Assembly (NCBI GenBank): GCA_963668645.2
Contig: CAXXWC010000001.1
Span: 448,001 to 512,000 of the forward strand
Source: Desulfobacterales bacterium
GTDB taxonomy: Bacteria; Desulfobacterota; Desulfobacteria; Desulfobacterales; UBA2174
Direction of reading: 5' to 3'
Length of the DNA: 64,000 bases
The notes below the pieces were generated by a model, which ran no database searches, was not told the origin of the DNA, and saw only the letters and a program-made list of their open reading frames with translations. The position numbers were made by a program, and so were the translations under genes. The stretch's first letter is position 1; every line of letters starts with the position of its first letter. Shown here in pieces: positions 30,470-42,075 of the stretch.

Positions 30470-32767
30470 TTAGGGGCTGTCGTTTTTCACATCCATGTTC
30501 TTCCACAGGGGCGGATAGGGTTGCTTACGCCCCAGTTCGGCACTGAGCCGATTGACTTCTTCCTTGAGTTCGATGAGTCTGCCCTCCCTGCCGGTCAGGA
30601 TTTCGTTGATCGCGGCGATTTCAACCACCCGGGCCTTCAACTCCTCCTCGGACCGCTCATACCTGCCGATATGAGCTTCCAATTGACGATTCTTGTTCTC
30701 GAGTGAGATCGTCAGACCGCGCAGGGCAGCGGCCTGGCGGTTGGATCGGGCGATGATGAGGAACAATCCCGGAACGAGAAGGCTGATCAGAAGCCCCAGA
30801 GACAAAATGATCTTGCTGTTTTTCCTTTCGGCCGATTCGATAACGTCGTCATAAGCCGCAAAAACAATCAACCAGTTTTGACCGCCGAATTCGATGACGG
30901 ACCGGCGGCTGAAAAGTGGTGTGCGCTCCTTGCCGGCTTGCTGCGACGCCGGACCGCCGTGGTACATCAGGGCGTCTTCTCTGGGCTGGATACCGGAGTA
31001 GATTTGGATTCTGATTTTATCGAGGCCCTTGGGTAAAGCCTTTTCTATGAAGTTGTTCATCCGAAACGGGCTGTACACATAACCCCAGAGGGCATTGCGC
31101 CGCTGTTCGCGGGTTTTGGTTTCGGCATGCCTTCGGTAAACGGGCACATAGATCAAAAAGCCCGCCTGCACGTCCTTTCCCGTTTCCTGAACCAGAATCA
31201 CCTTACCGCTCATGGATGTCAGTCCGGTATCCCGTGCCATTACCATCGCTTCGCGACGAGTGGGTTCGGAAAACATGTCGTAACCGAACGCACGCTGGTT
31301 GCGCCAGTCGAACGGCTCCAAGAAAACGATGGCAGAATATGCGGGCCGGTCTCCGTCCGGATAAACCTTATAATCGGGAAACCCTTCCTGGCGAATCCGC
31401 CGGATATGCGCCTCTTTTTCCGACGGAGAAAACCACTCGGAAAAACCGAACCCCTGGATGCCCCGATAGGCTTGGCTGAGGTTTAAGTTTTCATAATAGG
31501 TTTTCCAGTCCTGGCGCGAAACCTCTTTGGATGCGGCCAACATCCCGGCACCGCCTCTGAGCATCAGTTCGCAATTCAGCAGATGATCTTGAATGGCCCT
31601 TTCGGATTCCCTGGCCCGGAACAAGAACTGTTCCCGGGCCCTGGTGAAAATTCCGCCGTAAACGAAATACCAGGCGATCATCGTCGCTGAAATACAGACC
31701 AGCAACACTAGGCCGGCCACCCATTTCTGCCATGAAGATCTCTTTCCATGCGCACCCGGGACAACCGAATCGGTGCCGGCATGAAGGGGAAGGGACGGCA
31801 GCGGAGCCTCTTCGGCTTTTTTGTCACTGGCGGATCCGTTGCCGGTTACCGTATCCGGGCCCACGGATGAAGTGGAAAAATCCGGCTCCTTGCCGCGTTC
31901 GCCCTGAAGCCGCTGGATCTCTTCTTTCAACTCGATGATGCGGGTTTCCCGGCCCAGCATGGCCTTGTTGAAGGCTTGCAGCGACCTTGACTGGGTTTCC
32001 AGTTCCTCCTCGTACCGTTTTCGCCGGCTGATGTCCTGAACAACCGATATGAAATGCTCCGGTGTGCCCGAGGAATCGCGTACCAGAGAAACCGACAAAT
32101 TGATCCATACCGTGGCGCCGTGCTTGCGAATGTAGCGCTTGTCCATGCTGAACGTTTCAATCTCGCCGGCCAGCATCCGGTTCACTTGAGCGATGGTGGG
32201 CTCCAAATCGTCGGGATGGGTGATGCCCTGGAAAGTCAGGCTTTGAAGCTCTTCGACCGAATAGCCGATGATTTCACAGAGCCGCCGGTTGACCCGAAGC
32301 CAGCGGCCATCCAGTCCGACTTGAGCGATGCCGACTGCGGCATGCTCGAACGTGATGAGGTAGCGGCTTTCACTCTTTTCAAGCCTACGCTGCAGTTCCC
32401 TGTTGTACAGCGCGGTATCGATAGCGGCCTTCAATTGCAGTTCGGTGAACGGCTTGAGCACATAGCCTGCCGATGCGACCTTCTTGGCCTCGGCCAGCGT
32501 GGCGGCATCGCCGTAGGCGGTCACGAAGATGATGGGGACATTATGGTGGTCCTGGATGCGGCGGGCCGCGTCGATCCCGTCAATATCACCATCGAGCACG
32601 ATATCGATCAGCGCGACGTCGGGTTTTTCAGCATTGGCGGCGGCAATGGCATCAGCGCCCGTGGAAACCGGACCGACAACGCTGAACCCGATCCGCTGGA
32701 GTTGCATCTCCATCAATCTTGCCAGGCTGTCTTCGTCTTCCACGATCAAACATTTTACCCTTTTCAC
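30470..32767 (-). CDS. REC-PAS-CHASE membrane sensor with no catalytic output domain
   Basis: Receiver CLIVEDE and [40 protein letters not shown] between TM helices; GTG start chosen (ORF extends to 32881). Confidence 0.85.
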   Translation of the reverse strand: MKRVKCLIVEDEDSLARLMEMQLQRIGFSVVGPVSTGADAIAAANAEKPDVALIDIVLDGDIDGIDAARRIQDHHNVPIIFVTAYGDAATLAEAKKVASAGYVLKPFTELQLKAAIDTALYNRELQRRLEKSESRYLITFEHAAVGIAQVGLDGRWLRVNRRLCEIIGYSVEELQSLTFQGITHPDDLEPTIAQVNRMLAGEIETFSMDKRYIRKHGATVWINLSVSLVRDSSGTPEHFISVVQDISRRKRYEEELETQSRSLQAFNKAMLGRETRIIELKEEIQRLQGERGKEPDFSTSSVGPDTVTGNGSASDKKAEEAPLPSLPLHAGTDSVVPGAHGKRSSWQKWVAGLVLLVCISATMIAWYFVYGGIFTRAREQFLFRARESERAIQDHLLNCELMLRGGAGMLAASKEVSRQDWKTYYENLNLSQAYRGIQGFGFSEWFSPSEKEAHIRRIRQEGFPDYKVYPDGDRPAYSAIVFLEPFDWRNQRAFGYDMFSEPTRREAMVMARDTGLTSMSGKVILVQETGKDVQAGFLIYVPVYRRHAETKTREQRRNALWGYVYSPFRMNNFIEKALPKGLDKIRIQIYSGIQPREDALMYHGGPASQQAGKERTPLFSRRSVIEFGGQNWLIVFAAYDDVIESAERKNSKIILSLGLLISLLVPGLFLIIARSNRQAAALRGLTISLENKNRQLEAHIGRYERSEEELKARVVEIAAINEILTGREGRLIELKEEVNRLSAELGRKQPYPPLWKNMDVKNDSP

Positions 32768-33270
32768 GATCCGCCTCTTTTTTCCGGGTGATGGGAGTGC
32801 CCCTGAACTCACTCCTTCGGACCCGGCTTCCACTGTTGCCGTTTGAAAAAAATACTGTCCCGACCGGCTGCGACCATTCATCGGGATGGCCGCACTGAGT
32901 GATCTTTAAAGCAGATCAAACGAGAGGGACGGGGGAATCAGAATCGGGAATAAGCGTTTTCTTGGTCCGACGAACAGTCTTTTTCTCTAATGGCTGAACG
33001 CGGTTTTGATAGTGTAGCCCCTCTAGCCAGGGTCTGCCAGTTATTTTTTTCAGTTGTTTCTATTTCGGTAGGATACCGGCGGTTGTGGTCACTGCGGATT
33101 TTGCACCCGTGATTTTTCTTGGCAGCAGGGCCTCCTCCAAAGGCGATCGTTGCCGCCGTGAGCAAGCGGGGAATCAGGTAATCATCGGCGATGATGCACC
33201 TTCTAACAGCCGGTGGGCAACAACGCCCCCTGCACACCTCCCGGCGCCCGTATGCACTGGGCTTTTCGGG

Positions 33271-33319
33271 GTGTCCACTAATTTGGAGCAAGATCAGTGT
33301 CCGTTTTTACTTGACCACA
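33271..33319. mobile_element. Two abutting IS3-family-like terminal repeats
   Basis: GTGTCCACTAATTTGGAGCAAGATCA directly followed by GTGTCCGTTTTTACTTGACCACA; both end in CA. Confidence 0.55.
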
Positions 33320-33485
33320 ACACCTCGGGAAGGACGACAATCTCAGAAGCAACCCCCCAGTTGCCCCCCATGTGAACGGCCCGGTAACGGGGAAACTGTT
33401 GGGATGCAAGACATCCATGGGGAGCGACGTTAACCAGAAAGCAGATAAAAAGGCACAATGAAATAAAACGGAAAAAACCGTTCAT
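33320..33485 (-). pseudogene. 5' stub of a secreted-protein gene cut by an IS end
   Basis: Signal-peptide-like MNGFFRFISLCLFICFLVNVA...RAVHMGGNWG runs into the IS terminus. Confidence 0.4.
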
Positions 33486-34006
33486 TGCCCATCCCTTGAC
33501 GGACAGGGATCTGTCATATCCGAAAATGATTTTATGGCCTGAAATTCGAGGGAATAATAGCGCGCAAAGGGTTGGCAACCCGGTTTTCAAAAATCGCTGT
33601 GAGTTCAGATTCACTTACCCGCTCTTTGGCAGCAGTCCACAATATTTTTCCCATCTACTAAAATATTTTGCGCACCCTACCCGCCATCCGGCCGGGTGTC
33701 AAGACTCCTTTGACCGGATTTCAGGGCCCCGTCAAAAGTGGGGATCCAATTTCTTTGCGTGTCAGATTTTTAATCTGTCGCCGTCTCCCGCCGATCTGCG
33801 CAACTGCAGATTCACTGACCTTCGCAATGACGAGGGATCTGCAGTCAGAAAAACCGGCCGAACATGGCATGCCAAACAGGAAATCTCTTTTACCGTTGTC
33901 GCCCAGCGATCGCGCAAAATCGTTATAACTATTTTTTATCATTAGTTTTTTTTAAGTTTTAATTGTCAATTCACGGCTCTCGGGTTACTATTGTAAATCC
34001 ACTGGC

Positions 34007-35287
34007 GTGGATGTTTTCAAATCTAATTCAGCTTTAAAGGGTTATCCATCCAGGCTGCAAGGAGGCGCCGAAAGAAGCAATATGCCGGCAAAACACGACT
34101 CGAAAAGGCATCTCTGCATGCGGGCTATGATAACAGACCTCTTGCTGATCTTGATTTCAGGTTTTCCCAATCTGCTTGCCGGTTCCGGCCAGTCTTTTTC
34201 AGCATCGCCACCAGTCGTACAGACGTTTTTTTCAGCGGCACCACTTGATGGGGTGACGGCAACCGCTGTGCCCGCGATGGATTTCTGGCCGGCGCATCGC
34301 GCCAAAATCCTGCCCGATACGCCTGCCGTTTTCTTCGATATCAATGCTCCTGCATTGCAGCGCCACCCCATCCCGTTGTCTGAACTGCCGGCGGAAACTG
34401 TCATCAAAAATCGTCAATGCACGCTTTGGGATCTTCACCGGCTGCAAATCATCGGCGTCGCTATCGGCTTTCTGGTGCTGATTTCGGGGATTCTTATTCT
34501 GGCAGTCCTGAACCGCAAATTGAACCGCACCCGCAACGAACTGAGCCGCCTCAATGAAGATTTGGAGACCAAAGTATCGGAACGTACGGCTGACCTGAGC
34601 CAAACCAACCGCTGGCTTTCGATGGAAATCGCCGAACGGGTAAAATCAAACGGGGAACTGAAGGCCAGTGAAGCCCAATATCGCCTTCTGGCGGAAAATA
34701 TGCTCGATGTCGTCTGGACCATGAATCCGGAGGGAAAATTTACCTATGTCAGCCCTTCGGTGGAGAACCTGCGCGGATATACACCCCAAGAAGCCCTGGC
34801 CCAGTCTCTTGCGGAGGCGCTGACTCCCGAGTCCCTGAAAATAGTACGGGATCTGATTGCAAAAACGATTCCCCAGGCCAGAAAAGGGGCCAGGCATTTC
34901 GCATCAAGCCCACTGCCTTATGAAATGGAGCAGCCCTGTAAAAACGGCTCCACCGTTTGGACCGAAGCGCTGGTAAGGGTGCTGTTTGATGAAGATTGTG
35001 AATTTATCGGTTTTCTGGGGGTGACCCGGAACATCAGCGAGCGCAAAGCTGCCGAAGCGGAACGGGAGCGGTTGATCAGGGATTTGCAGGAGGCTTTGGG
35101 CAGGGTCAAACAGATCGAGGGGATTCTTCCCATTTGCAGCTTCTGCAAACGGATCCGGGATGAAGATGGCCACTGGCACCGGCTGGAAAGCTACATCTCC
35201 GAGCATTCTGAAGCCCAATTCACTCACGGCTTTTGCCCGCAATGTGGCCGCAAGTATTATCCCGATTATTTTGATGAACCGGACTAA
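34007..35287 (+). CDS. Membrane PAS protein with a C-terminal Cys-rich motif and no kinase domain
   Basis: TM helix, coiled coil, PAS YVSPSVENLRGY and LPICSFCKRIRD...THGFCPQC; start uncertain. Confidence 0.8.
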   Translation: MDVFKSNSALKGYPSRLQGGAERSNMPAKHDSKRHLCMRAMITDLLLILISGFPNLLAGSGQSFSASPPVVQTFFSAAPLDGVTATAVPAMDFWPAHRAKILPDTPAVFFDINAPALQRHPIPLSELPAETVIKNRQCTLWDLHRLQIIGVAIGFLVLISGILILAVLNRKLNRTRNELSRLNEDLETKVSERTADLSQTNRWLSMEIAERVKSNGELKASEAQYRLLAENMLDVVWTMNPEGKFTYVSPSVENLRGYTPQEALAQSLAEALTPESLKIVRDLIAKTIPQARKGARHFASSPLPYEMEQPCKNGSTVWTEALVRVLFDEDCEFIGFLGVTRNISERKAAEAERERLIRDLQEALGRVKQIEGILPICSFCKRIRDEDGHWHRLESYISEHSEAQFTHGFCPQCGRKYYPDYFDEPD

Positions 35288-35449
35288 AAACAGAAAGATG
35301 GCCTGCCCATCTTCCAAAGCCTTCGACACACCGAAGCGCCAGGATATATGGTGAATTTTTCATAGTTTCGCAGTGAAACAGAACCATGCCTTGCCCCATG
35401 ATTTCAGGTAGGGCTCGATCAACATCTTCTCCTCCTCATTGGTTGCGGG

Positions 35450-38400
35450 TCACCTCAAGGGTGGCCCGGCGTCGTTTGATCCATATGTCAGTCCGAACAC
35501 CGTATCCGTCATCCAGCGCTTGAAACCCGCGTTGTCCATGAACTGCTTGAACAGTTCGGTGTCGTCCTTCATCACCGCGGTCATCACCCGCAAGAGGGCC
35601 TTGTCGTGCTCAATGCGGGCATTTTGCTTGTCCGAGTACTGCTGCGCGTTGCGGTAGGCCGTGTCCGCGGCCACCCGGGCCGGAATGGTCTCGGTGATCA
35701 GCCGGCGCACCCGGTCGGCATCCTGCCACCGGATGTCGCCGAAGTGTTCGTTGAACACCCGGATGATGTTGGAGAGCCTGTCCAGTTCGGGCTCAGCGCG
35801 GTGCCCGCCGCCGCCGGCCGGCACCGGCTCGATTTCGGCATCCTCGTCCGGCAGGATGATCCTCTGCATGGCCCGTTTTTCGACCCGGTAGCTGTCCATG
35901 TCGATGGCGTCGAGAATCCCCTTGGAAAGATCCTCCTCCTTGGGCGCCGGGAGCTTCGGGATCAAAAAGTTCAAAAAGATCGATCGCTTTTCCCAGCCGG
36001 CATTGTTGTAAGGCAGCACCGCGGAAAGAAACGCGTAGGTGCGCACGAAGGCCTTGGCCCTGCCCTTGAAACCCACTTGGCCATCCTCGTCGAGATCGCC
36101 GAGGTAGACTGCCACGCAGGCGTCGAGGATCGGATCGAGACGCTCGCGCTCGGCCCCGCCGAGGTAGAGCCGGACGAAATCCTCGACCTGACCAGGCGAA
36201 TAGACCTGCGCCCCGTCCAGGCCGGCTTGGAGGTCGTGCAGCTTGTCGGGGTCGGTCTCGTCGGCCAGGATCGTGGCCCGGTAGAACGGGGCAAAGGCGT
36301 CGCGGATCGTATCCGCGTCGTTCATAAAGTCGAGCACAAAGGTGTCGTGCTTTTTCGGATGCGCCCGGTTGAGCCGCGAGAGGGTCTGCACCGCCTTGAT
36401 CCCCGCAAGGGTCTTGTCCACGTACATGGTGTGCAGCAGCGGCTCGTCGTAACCGGTCTGAAACTTGTCAGCGCAAACGAGAAAGCGGTAGGGCTCTTCG
36501 CGGAACCTGGCCGCGATCTTGCTCGACGCAAAGCCGTTGAGCGCGGTTTCGGTAACCTTGACCCCGCCGTACTCAGGCTCGCCCGAAAAGGCCACCAGGG
36601 CCTCGGCCCTGCTCTTGCGGGCCTTGAGGTAGTCGCGGATGGCATGAAAGTACTGGATCGCCCTTTGGATGCCGCTGGTGACCACCATGGCCCGGGCCTG
36701 GCCGCCGAGTTTGCCCTGGGCAAGCACCTGATCGTGGAAGTGGTCCACCATGATTTCGGCCTTGAGCCGGATGGCGTGCTCGTGCCCCTCCACGAAGCGG
36801 CGCAGCTTCTTTTGGGCCTTGTTGACGTCGAACTCCGGGTCGTCCTCAACCGTCTTGGCCAGCTTGTAGTAGCTTTCCACCGGCGTGTAGTGGGCCAGCA
36901 CATCCAGGATGAAGCGCTCCTCGATGGCCTGCTTCATGGTGTAGGTGTGAAAGGCGCGGTGTTTGATCTTCCCGTCGGCCTGGGGGTCGGGCGCCCCGAA
37001 GATCTCCAGGGTCTTGTTCTTGGGGGTGGCGGTAAAGGCGAAGTAGCTGGCGTTGGAAACGAGCTTGCGCGCCTCCATGAGACGGTTGATCTGATCCTCG
37101 AAGGTCTCCTCATCGCCCGCTTGTCCCGCCTCGCAAAGCGCCTGGGCCATGGCCGCGCTGGTGCGGCCCCCCTGGCTGGAGTGGGCCTCGTCGATGATGA
37201 TGGCAAAGGTCCGTCCCCGGTGTTCGCCGCCGATCTCGTCGAGGATAAAGGGAAACTTCTGGACCGTGGAGATGATGACCTTCTTGCCTGCCTCGATGAA
37301 CCGGCGCAGGTCGCCCGAACGGTCCGCATGTCCCACGGTGGCCCCCACCTGGGCATACTGGCGGATGGTGTCGCAGATCTGGCGATCGAGCAGGACCCGG
37401 TCCGTGACTACGATGATCGAATCGAAAACCGGGACGCCGCCTTTTTCGAGCCCGATCAACTGGTGGGCCAGCCAGGCGATGGAGTTGGACTTGCCGCTGC
37501 CCGCCGAGTGCTGGATCAGGTAGCGCTGGCCCGCGCCCCTTTCCCCGGCGTCGGCCAGTAGCTTTCGCACCACGTCGAGCTGGTGGTACCGGGGCCAGAT
37601 CTGGACCCGTTTTTTCCGGCCGGTCCGTTCATCCTTCGAGGCCACCACCTGGGCGTAGTTTTCCAGGATGTCGGCCAGGCTCTCGCGGGTGAGCACCTCG
37701 CGCCACAGGTAGCCGGTCTTCAAACCGTCCGGATTGGGCGGGTTGCCGGCCCCGTCCCTCCAGCCGCGGTTGAACGGCAAGAACCACGAGGCTTTCCCCT
37801 TGAGGTGGGTGCAAAACTGCACCTCGCTTTCGTCCACGGCAAAGTGGGCCACGCAGCGGCCCAACTCGAAGAGCTTCTCGCGCGGGTTGCGATCCTTTTT
37901 GTACTGCCAGACCGCGTCGTCCACCGTCTGCTTGGTGAGGTTGTTCTTCAGCTCGAAGGTGAAGACCGGAAGACCGTTGATAAAAAGGACCATGTCCAGG
38001 GCCAACTGGGTCTCGTCACGGCTGTAACGCACCTGGCGGGTGACAATGAATCGGTTCAGATCGAAGAGCGTCCGGGCCTTGTCGTTGCCCGGCGACGGCG
38101 TGCCGTAAAACAGGTCCAAATCATGGGCCCCGTGCCGGATGCCGCCTCTTAACACGTCGATGGTGCCACGCTTGCTGATCTCTCCTTGCAGCCGGGCCAG
38201 GAACTTGCGCCGCGCCGGGCCGTCCTCGTCCAGGGCCAGGGACTCGGCCGCCCCGGGCTGGGTGGCGTTCAAAAAGGCGGCCAGTTGCACCAGATCGACG
38301 CAGTACTCGCGGTCGTAGTCGTGCGGATCGCCGCAGATCCATCCCACACCGCCGAAACCCGGCAGGGGTTCGGCCACCCCTTCGCCTCGGGAAGCTTCGC

Positions 38401-38467
38401 AGGGATGTCCCGTGAGGGCCGTGCAGATCAGCCGTTCGAGACCGCGTTCGGAGGTGTCGGTGGTCAT
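35450..38467 (-). CDS. hsdR: Type I restriction endonuclease subunit R
   Basis: INGLPVFTFELKN, QHSAGSGKS, DEAH, FTATP, FQTGYDEP and QTLSRLNR. Confidence 0.95.
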   Translation of the reverse strand: MTTDTSERGLERLICTALTGHPCEASRGEGVAEPLPGFGGVGWICGDPHDYDREYCVDLVQLAAFLNATQPGAAESLALDEDGPARRKFLARLQGEISKRGTIDVLRGGIRHGAHDLDLFYGTPSPGNDKARTLFDLNRFIVTRQVRYSRDETQLALDMVLFINGLPVFTFELKNNLTKQTVDDAVWQYKKDRNPREKLFELGRCVAHFAVDESEVQFCTHLKGKASWFLPFNRGWRDGAGNPPNPDGLKTGYLWREVLTRESLADILENYAQVVASKDERTGRKKRVQIWPRYHQLDVVRKLLADAGERGAGQRYLIQHSAGSGKSNSIAWLAHQLIGLEKGGVPVFDSIIVVTDRVLLDRQICDTIRQYAQVGATVGHADRSGDLRRFIEAGKKVIISTVQKFPFILDEIGGEHRGRTFAIIIDEAHSSQGGRTSAAMAQALCEAGQAGDEETFEDQINRLMEARKLVSNASYFAFTATPKNKTLEIFGAPDPQADGKIKHRAFHTYTMKQAIEERFILDVLAHYTPVESYYKLAKTVEDDPEFDVNKAQKKLRRFVEGHEHAIRLKAEIMVDHFHDQVLAQGKLGGQARAMVVTSGIQRAIQYFHAIRDYLKARKSRAEALVAFSGEPEYGGVKVTETALNGFASSKIAARFREEPYRFLVCADKFQTGYDEPLLHTMYVDKTLAGIKAVQTLSRLNRAHPKKHDTFVLDFMNDADTIRDAFAPFYRATILADETDPDKLHDLQAGLDGAQVYSPGQVEDFVRLYLGGAERERLDPILDACVAVYLGDLDEDGQVGFKGRAKAFVRTYAFLSAVLPYNNAGWEKRSIFLNFLIPKLPAPKEEDLSKGILDAIDMDSYRVEKRAMQRIILPDEDAEIEPVPAGGGGHRAEPELDRLSNIIRVFNEHFGDIRWQDADRVRRLITETIPARVAADTAYRNAQQYSDKQNARIEHDKALLRVMTAVMKDDTELFKQFMDNAGFKRWMTDTVFGLTYGSNDAGPPLR

Positions 38468-38479
38468 GGCGGCTCCTGT

Positions 38480-38852
38480 TCACAGATCAGGTGGGTGGTT
38501 ATCCGGGTATGCAGTTCCTTTTCCGCGGGGCGGCTTTCTGCGATCATCAGGGCCTTGGAATTGATCTAACAGCCGACGGAGATAATGGCGTCGTGAAGTG
38601 CTCGACAGCCCGTTTGACCTCCCGGTCACCCTCGGTTTGAACTGTTGCATATTTTGCAACAGTTGCCTCGCGATCCAGTTTCCCCTCCTTGAAAAGCTTG
38701 TTCAAGTGCCGGGAAATCAACTACTTGTCGCGTTCGAACAGGACGGCAGGCCAGAGAGTTTCCTGCTCCAGGCGCACATCCAGTGCCACGCCGCCATCCG
38801 GGCCATGATAGATGACGATCTCGCCGCGCGCCGGATTCACGAAGGCGTTCAT
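38480..38852 (-). pseudogene. RhuM-family (virulence RhuM/Fic-associated) pseudogene
   Basis: Manual translation from the ATG at 38852: GEIVIYHGPDG...LEQETLW...DK*LISRHLNKLFKEG...VAKYATVQTEG, then a frameshift before DAIISVG. Confidence 0.75.
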
Positions 38853-40276
38853 CCACCACCCTCCTCCGCCATTGCTTCCATCTCGTCGAGGTCGGCCTCG
38901 GCGTCGCCGTCAAACATCTCGTCGGTCTCGTCGTTTACTGCCAGCGGATCCACCTCGGGCAACGCGGCCGCCGCCGCGCGCACGTCTAGCTTGCCGGTGA
39001 CCACGTCAGCGATCAGGCGGGTGCGGTATTCGTTGAGACGTTCGATTTCACATTGCGCATTAGCAATCAGTTCAGTGAATTTGCTTGTTGATTGATCAAT
39101 TTGTTTGACTATCGCATCCTGTTCAGGCTTCGGCGGAAGTGCAAGCACGTAGTTCCTGATCGTCGAAATATTCACGTGGGGCGCTGTTGCCCCCATTACA
39201 TCCTGGCTGGCCTGTGCATAGACGACTGGACTATTTAACAGCCACATTACGAAGGCCGGGTTGTTTTCAGATCGAATGCGAAAGATCATCATTCGCTGCG
39301 AGATACACAGTTTCGTATTCGGTGGGACACAGGCCGCAATTCCAAAACGTTCGCCCTCACGCGAATAAAGTATGTCTCCAGTTTCCGGTTCAAGACGTTC
39401 CGTCCAAAGGTGATATTCAGCCTCTGACAAACGGCGAGCGCTGGATAGGTGAACCACGCCTGCTGATATGTCGGCAGTTCTAATTGCAGGAAAAATCCCG
39501 TGAGAAGAGTAACGGGGTGTAGCATGCAGGCAGTCGATTATTTTAGAGGCTACAAACTTAAGCCGGGTCACCCCCCAATGCGCCGGCACCTTCCCCAGCC
39601 ACTCGACGCCGGAATCCTTAAGGGGCACATCCGGGTCGAGACCCCGGGTGACGGCGCGGTGGATGATGGCCTGCTTCTGCTCGGCGAACAACGCGATCAG
39701 CTTGCGCTTCGCCTGCACCAGCCGCCGCACCCGCCGGTCCATATAATTCAGATACTTCACTATGGCGTCTTGTTCCGACGCCGGAGGTAGAGGAAATGGG
39801 GCACACAAGAATGAATCATCTGTCATCTGGAGTCTGGAAGTCCAAACCCCCTTCGATCGAACCCGAAGTTCCCACTGAAAGGGTGAAGATCGAACAAGCT
39901 CATGAATAAACCCTGGATCTACAGAATTGAGCGGGCGATAGACACTATACGCAGTACTAATGATTCCATGGTAGTTTGATACCCCGAGACCACCAGCCCA
40001 TGCCCAAAGACTGTTAATTACAAGGTCGTCAGGCCAACAGAGTTTGTGCCCACTATATGATTCTGCTTTAAACATAGTAACATTCGCTGTTCGGCGAGGA
40101 AGAACCCCTCGATTTGACGAGACGGTAAGCAATTCTTCTTTTCCCGTCTCCGAGCGAACATCGATACACTTGAACAGGCATTTCCCTCGCTTTATACACC
40201 AATGGGCCGGCACCGCCCCCAACCACTCGACGCCGGAGTCCTTCATCGCATGATAAGGTTTGAGGTCGGTTATCAT
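38849..40276 (-). CDS. hsdS: Type I R-M specificity subunit
   Basis: Two KDSGVEWLG repeats, two P...EQDAIVK motifs and [17 protein letters not shown]. Confidence 0.95.
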   Translation of the reverse strand: MITDLKPYHAMKDSGVEWLGAVPAHWCIKRGKCLFKCIDVRSETGKEELLTVSSNRGVLPRRTANVTMFKAESYSGHKLCWPDDLVINSLWAWAGGLGVSNYHGIISTAYSVYRPLNSVDPGFIHELVRSSPFQWELRVRSKGVWTSRLQMTDDSFLCAPFPLPPASEQDAIVKYLNYMDRRVRRLVQAKRKLIALFAEQKQAIIHRAVTRGLDPDVPLKDSGVEWLGKVPAHWGVTRLKFVASKIIDCLHATPRYSSHGIFPAIRTADISAGVVHLSSARRLSEAEYHLWTERLEPETGDILYSREGERFGIAACVPPNTKLCISQRMMIFRIRSENNPAFVMWLLNSPVVYAQASQDVMGATAPHVNISTIRNYVLALPPKPEQDAIVKQIDQSTSKFTELIANAQCEIERLNEYRTRLIADVVTGKLDVRAAAAALPEVDPLAVNDETDEMFDGDAEADLDEMEAMAEEGGG

Positions 40277-42075
40277 GAAAGTACCTCAAACCATTCCTTG
40301 ATTCGGAGGGCCATCAAGCGGCGCCGTTCGATGAGAAACGTGTCGTAGTCCGGCACCTCACCGTCGATCAGGCCCGCTGGAAGGCAGTTCTGGGCAAAAT
40401 TAGCCTGCAACCGCTCGCGATCCACGATGCCGCCGTAACGCTTCGGGCCGCCGTTGGCCTGGTCGGCGATCTCGGCGAAGTAGGTTTCCGGCGCCTTGTC
40501 GCCGATGGCAATGTTGATTTCACTCTGGGCGAGGACGAAGTTGGCGATCTGGTTGTAGCGGCCACGGCTCAAGCCCTGCGACTTGAGGTGCTTGCGCGGA
40601 AAGACGTGATGTTTGTCGCCGCGGTTGAGCAGCAGGTCCCGCACGGTGATATCGGTGGACAGGAACCCCTTGTCGCCGAGGCGCGCCTGGGCCGCCTGGT
40701 AGGCGATGAAATAGGGACTCTGGGCCGATGACGTGTCCATGAGCTGGGGCAGCATGCCGGTCCAGAAGGTGTCCGCCAGCTCGTTTTCGATAACGGTCTC
40801 TGCGTAGCTCCTAAGACCCTGGCTCTCGATCTGGCGGATGTCTAAGTCAAACGCGGTTTCCGGGCTGCCAGAATAACGCCCCGTCAGGATCGACATGGCA
40901 TACCAGCGACGCACCAGGCGTTCGAGGTCGTCAGCGGGCAGGCCCTGGGTCCGGCCTCGGAGATAGACGATGTAGGCGAAGTTGACGGCGTTCTGGCTTC
41001 GGATCAGGGCGCTCGTCAAAAACCCGGACGACCGCAGGATCATGGTCAGACGGTCGAAGTGGGTCTTGTTGATAAAGGCTTCGATGCCTTTTTTCAGCTT
41101 GGCGAAGGAGTCCTCGGCGATGGCCTCCTCGTACTCACGGGTTTCGAAGTTGCGGCCCGAGAGCAGGGCGACCAGGTCCTGGAGCTTGCCACGCCCGAAT
41201 TCCGAGGTGAATGCCACGCGCAACATGTCGGTGTAGGTCGGGTCGTAGAGGTCCTCGTTGGCGGCATCCTTCAGCCATTTCATCCTGGGCCAAAAATCGG
41301 ACGCCACGAAAGCCGGGTCGCCCTTCTCGATCTTTGAAAAATACTCCGGTGCGACCGCAAGGTGGCAGAAATAATCGATGGCCTTGCGCAGCACGTTCCC
41401 ACCGTAAGTCTCGTTGACGGCGATCTTGGACATGGCAAAATCCGCCTGGGACAGCTCGGCGCCCGCCGAGTTCACGCGGATAAAAATCTCGGTAACGGTC
41501 TCGATGTCGAGGTCTTCTGCAAGCTCAATCAGTCCCACGTGATTGTTGACGATCTTGCCGACATTTTGCAGCACCTTGCCGACGGCCTTGCGGTCGGCGC
41601 CGTTGTTGCGATCGACATACTGTTCGACCAGCTCGATAAGGTCCGCATCCGGATCGAAAATATTCTTAATGTCGTCGATCCAGGCCTTGTCCTTGGCGAT
41701 GGCCGGGTTTCTGACCTCGAATCGTTCTTCGACGGGATGAAAGGCGATTCGGATGTTCACCGTCTCGTAGTCCTTGGTCAACACCTCTTGACCCAGCAAC
41801 GCCGCCATCAGGGCTGTGATCCGTTGCTGGCCATCGATCAGGATACGCTTGCCCGCTGACGGCGTGCCGTCCTTGAGTTTGACTGTTGGGTTGCGCCATG
41901 AAATCAAGTAGCCCACCGGGTAACCATGGTAGAGAGAATCGAGCAGATTGCGGACCTTGATGGCGTCCCATACAAAGGGCCGTTGGATCTCGGGAATGGC
42001 GATCTCACCCGACTTGACCCAGGTCAGCAAGGTCTCGATGGGGTGCGGGGTAACCGAATAGCGTTGGGTAGCCAT
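40273..42075 (-). CDS. DUF262-domain protein with an HNH-like C-terminus (GmrSD-like)
   Basis: [17 protein letters not shown] and FIRVNS; C-terminal DKHHVFP...IANFVL...EIN. Confidence 0.85.
   Translation of the reverse strand: MATQRYSVTPHPIETLLTWVKSGEIAIPEIQRPFVWDAIKVRNLLDSLYHGYPVGYLISWRNPTVKLKDGTPSAGKRILIDGQQRITALMAALLGQEVLTKDYETVNIRIAFHPVEERFEVRNPAIAKDKAWIDDIKNIFDPDADLIELVEQYVDRNNGADRKAVGKVLQNVGKIVNNHVGLIELAEDLDIETVTEIFIRVNSAGAELSQADFAMSKIAVNETYGGNVLRKAIDYFCHLAVAPEYFSKIEKGDPAFVASDFWPRMKWLKDAANEDLYDPTYTDMLRVAFTSEFGRGKLQDLVALLSGRNFETREYEEAIAEDSFAKLKKGIEAFINKTHFDRLTMILRSSGFLTSALIRSQNAVNFAYIVYLRGRTQGLPADDLERLVRRWYAMSILTGRYSGSPETAFDLDIRQIESQGLRSYAETVIENELADTFWTGMLPQLMDTSSAQSPYFIAYQAAQARLGDKGFLSTDITVRDLLLNRGDKHHVFPRKHLKSQGLSRGRYNQIANFVLAQSEINIAIGDKAPETYFAEIADQANGGPKRYGGIVDRERLQANFAQNCLPAGLIDGEVPDYDTFLIERRRLMALRIKEWFEVLS

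Noticed and set aside
35606..37561. 651-aa plus-strand ORF and similar long antisense ORFs (for example 2858-4282, 3936-5543, 5630-7120, 53953-55293)
   Set aside because: Shadow frames of well-supported genes, expected at high GC, with no recognisable motifs.
41960..41970. TGGCGTCCCA as an att duplicate of the tRNA-Glu 3' end
   Set aside because: Only about 10 bp and inside an intact CDS; consistent with chance.
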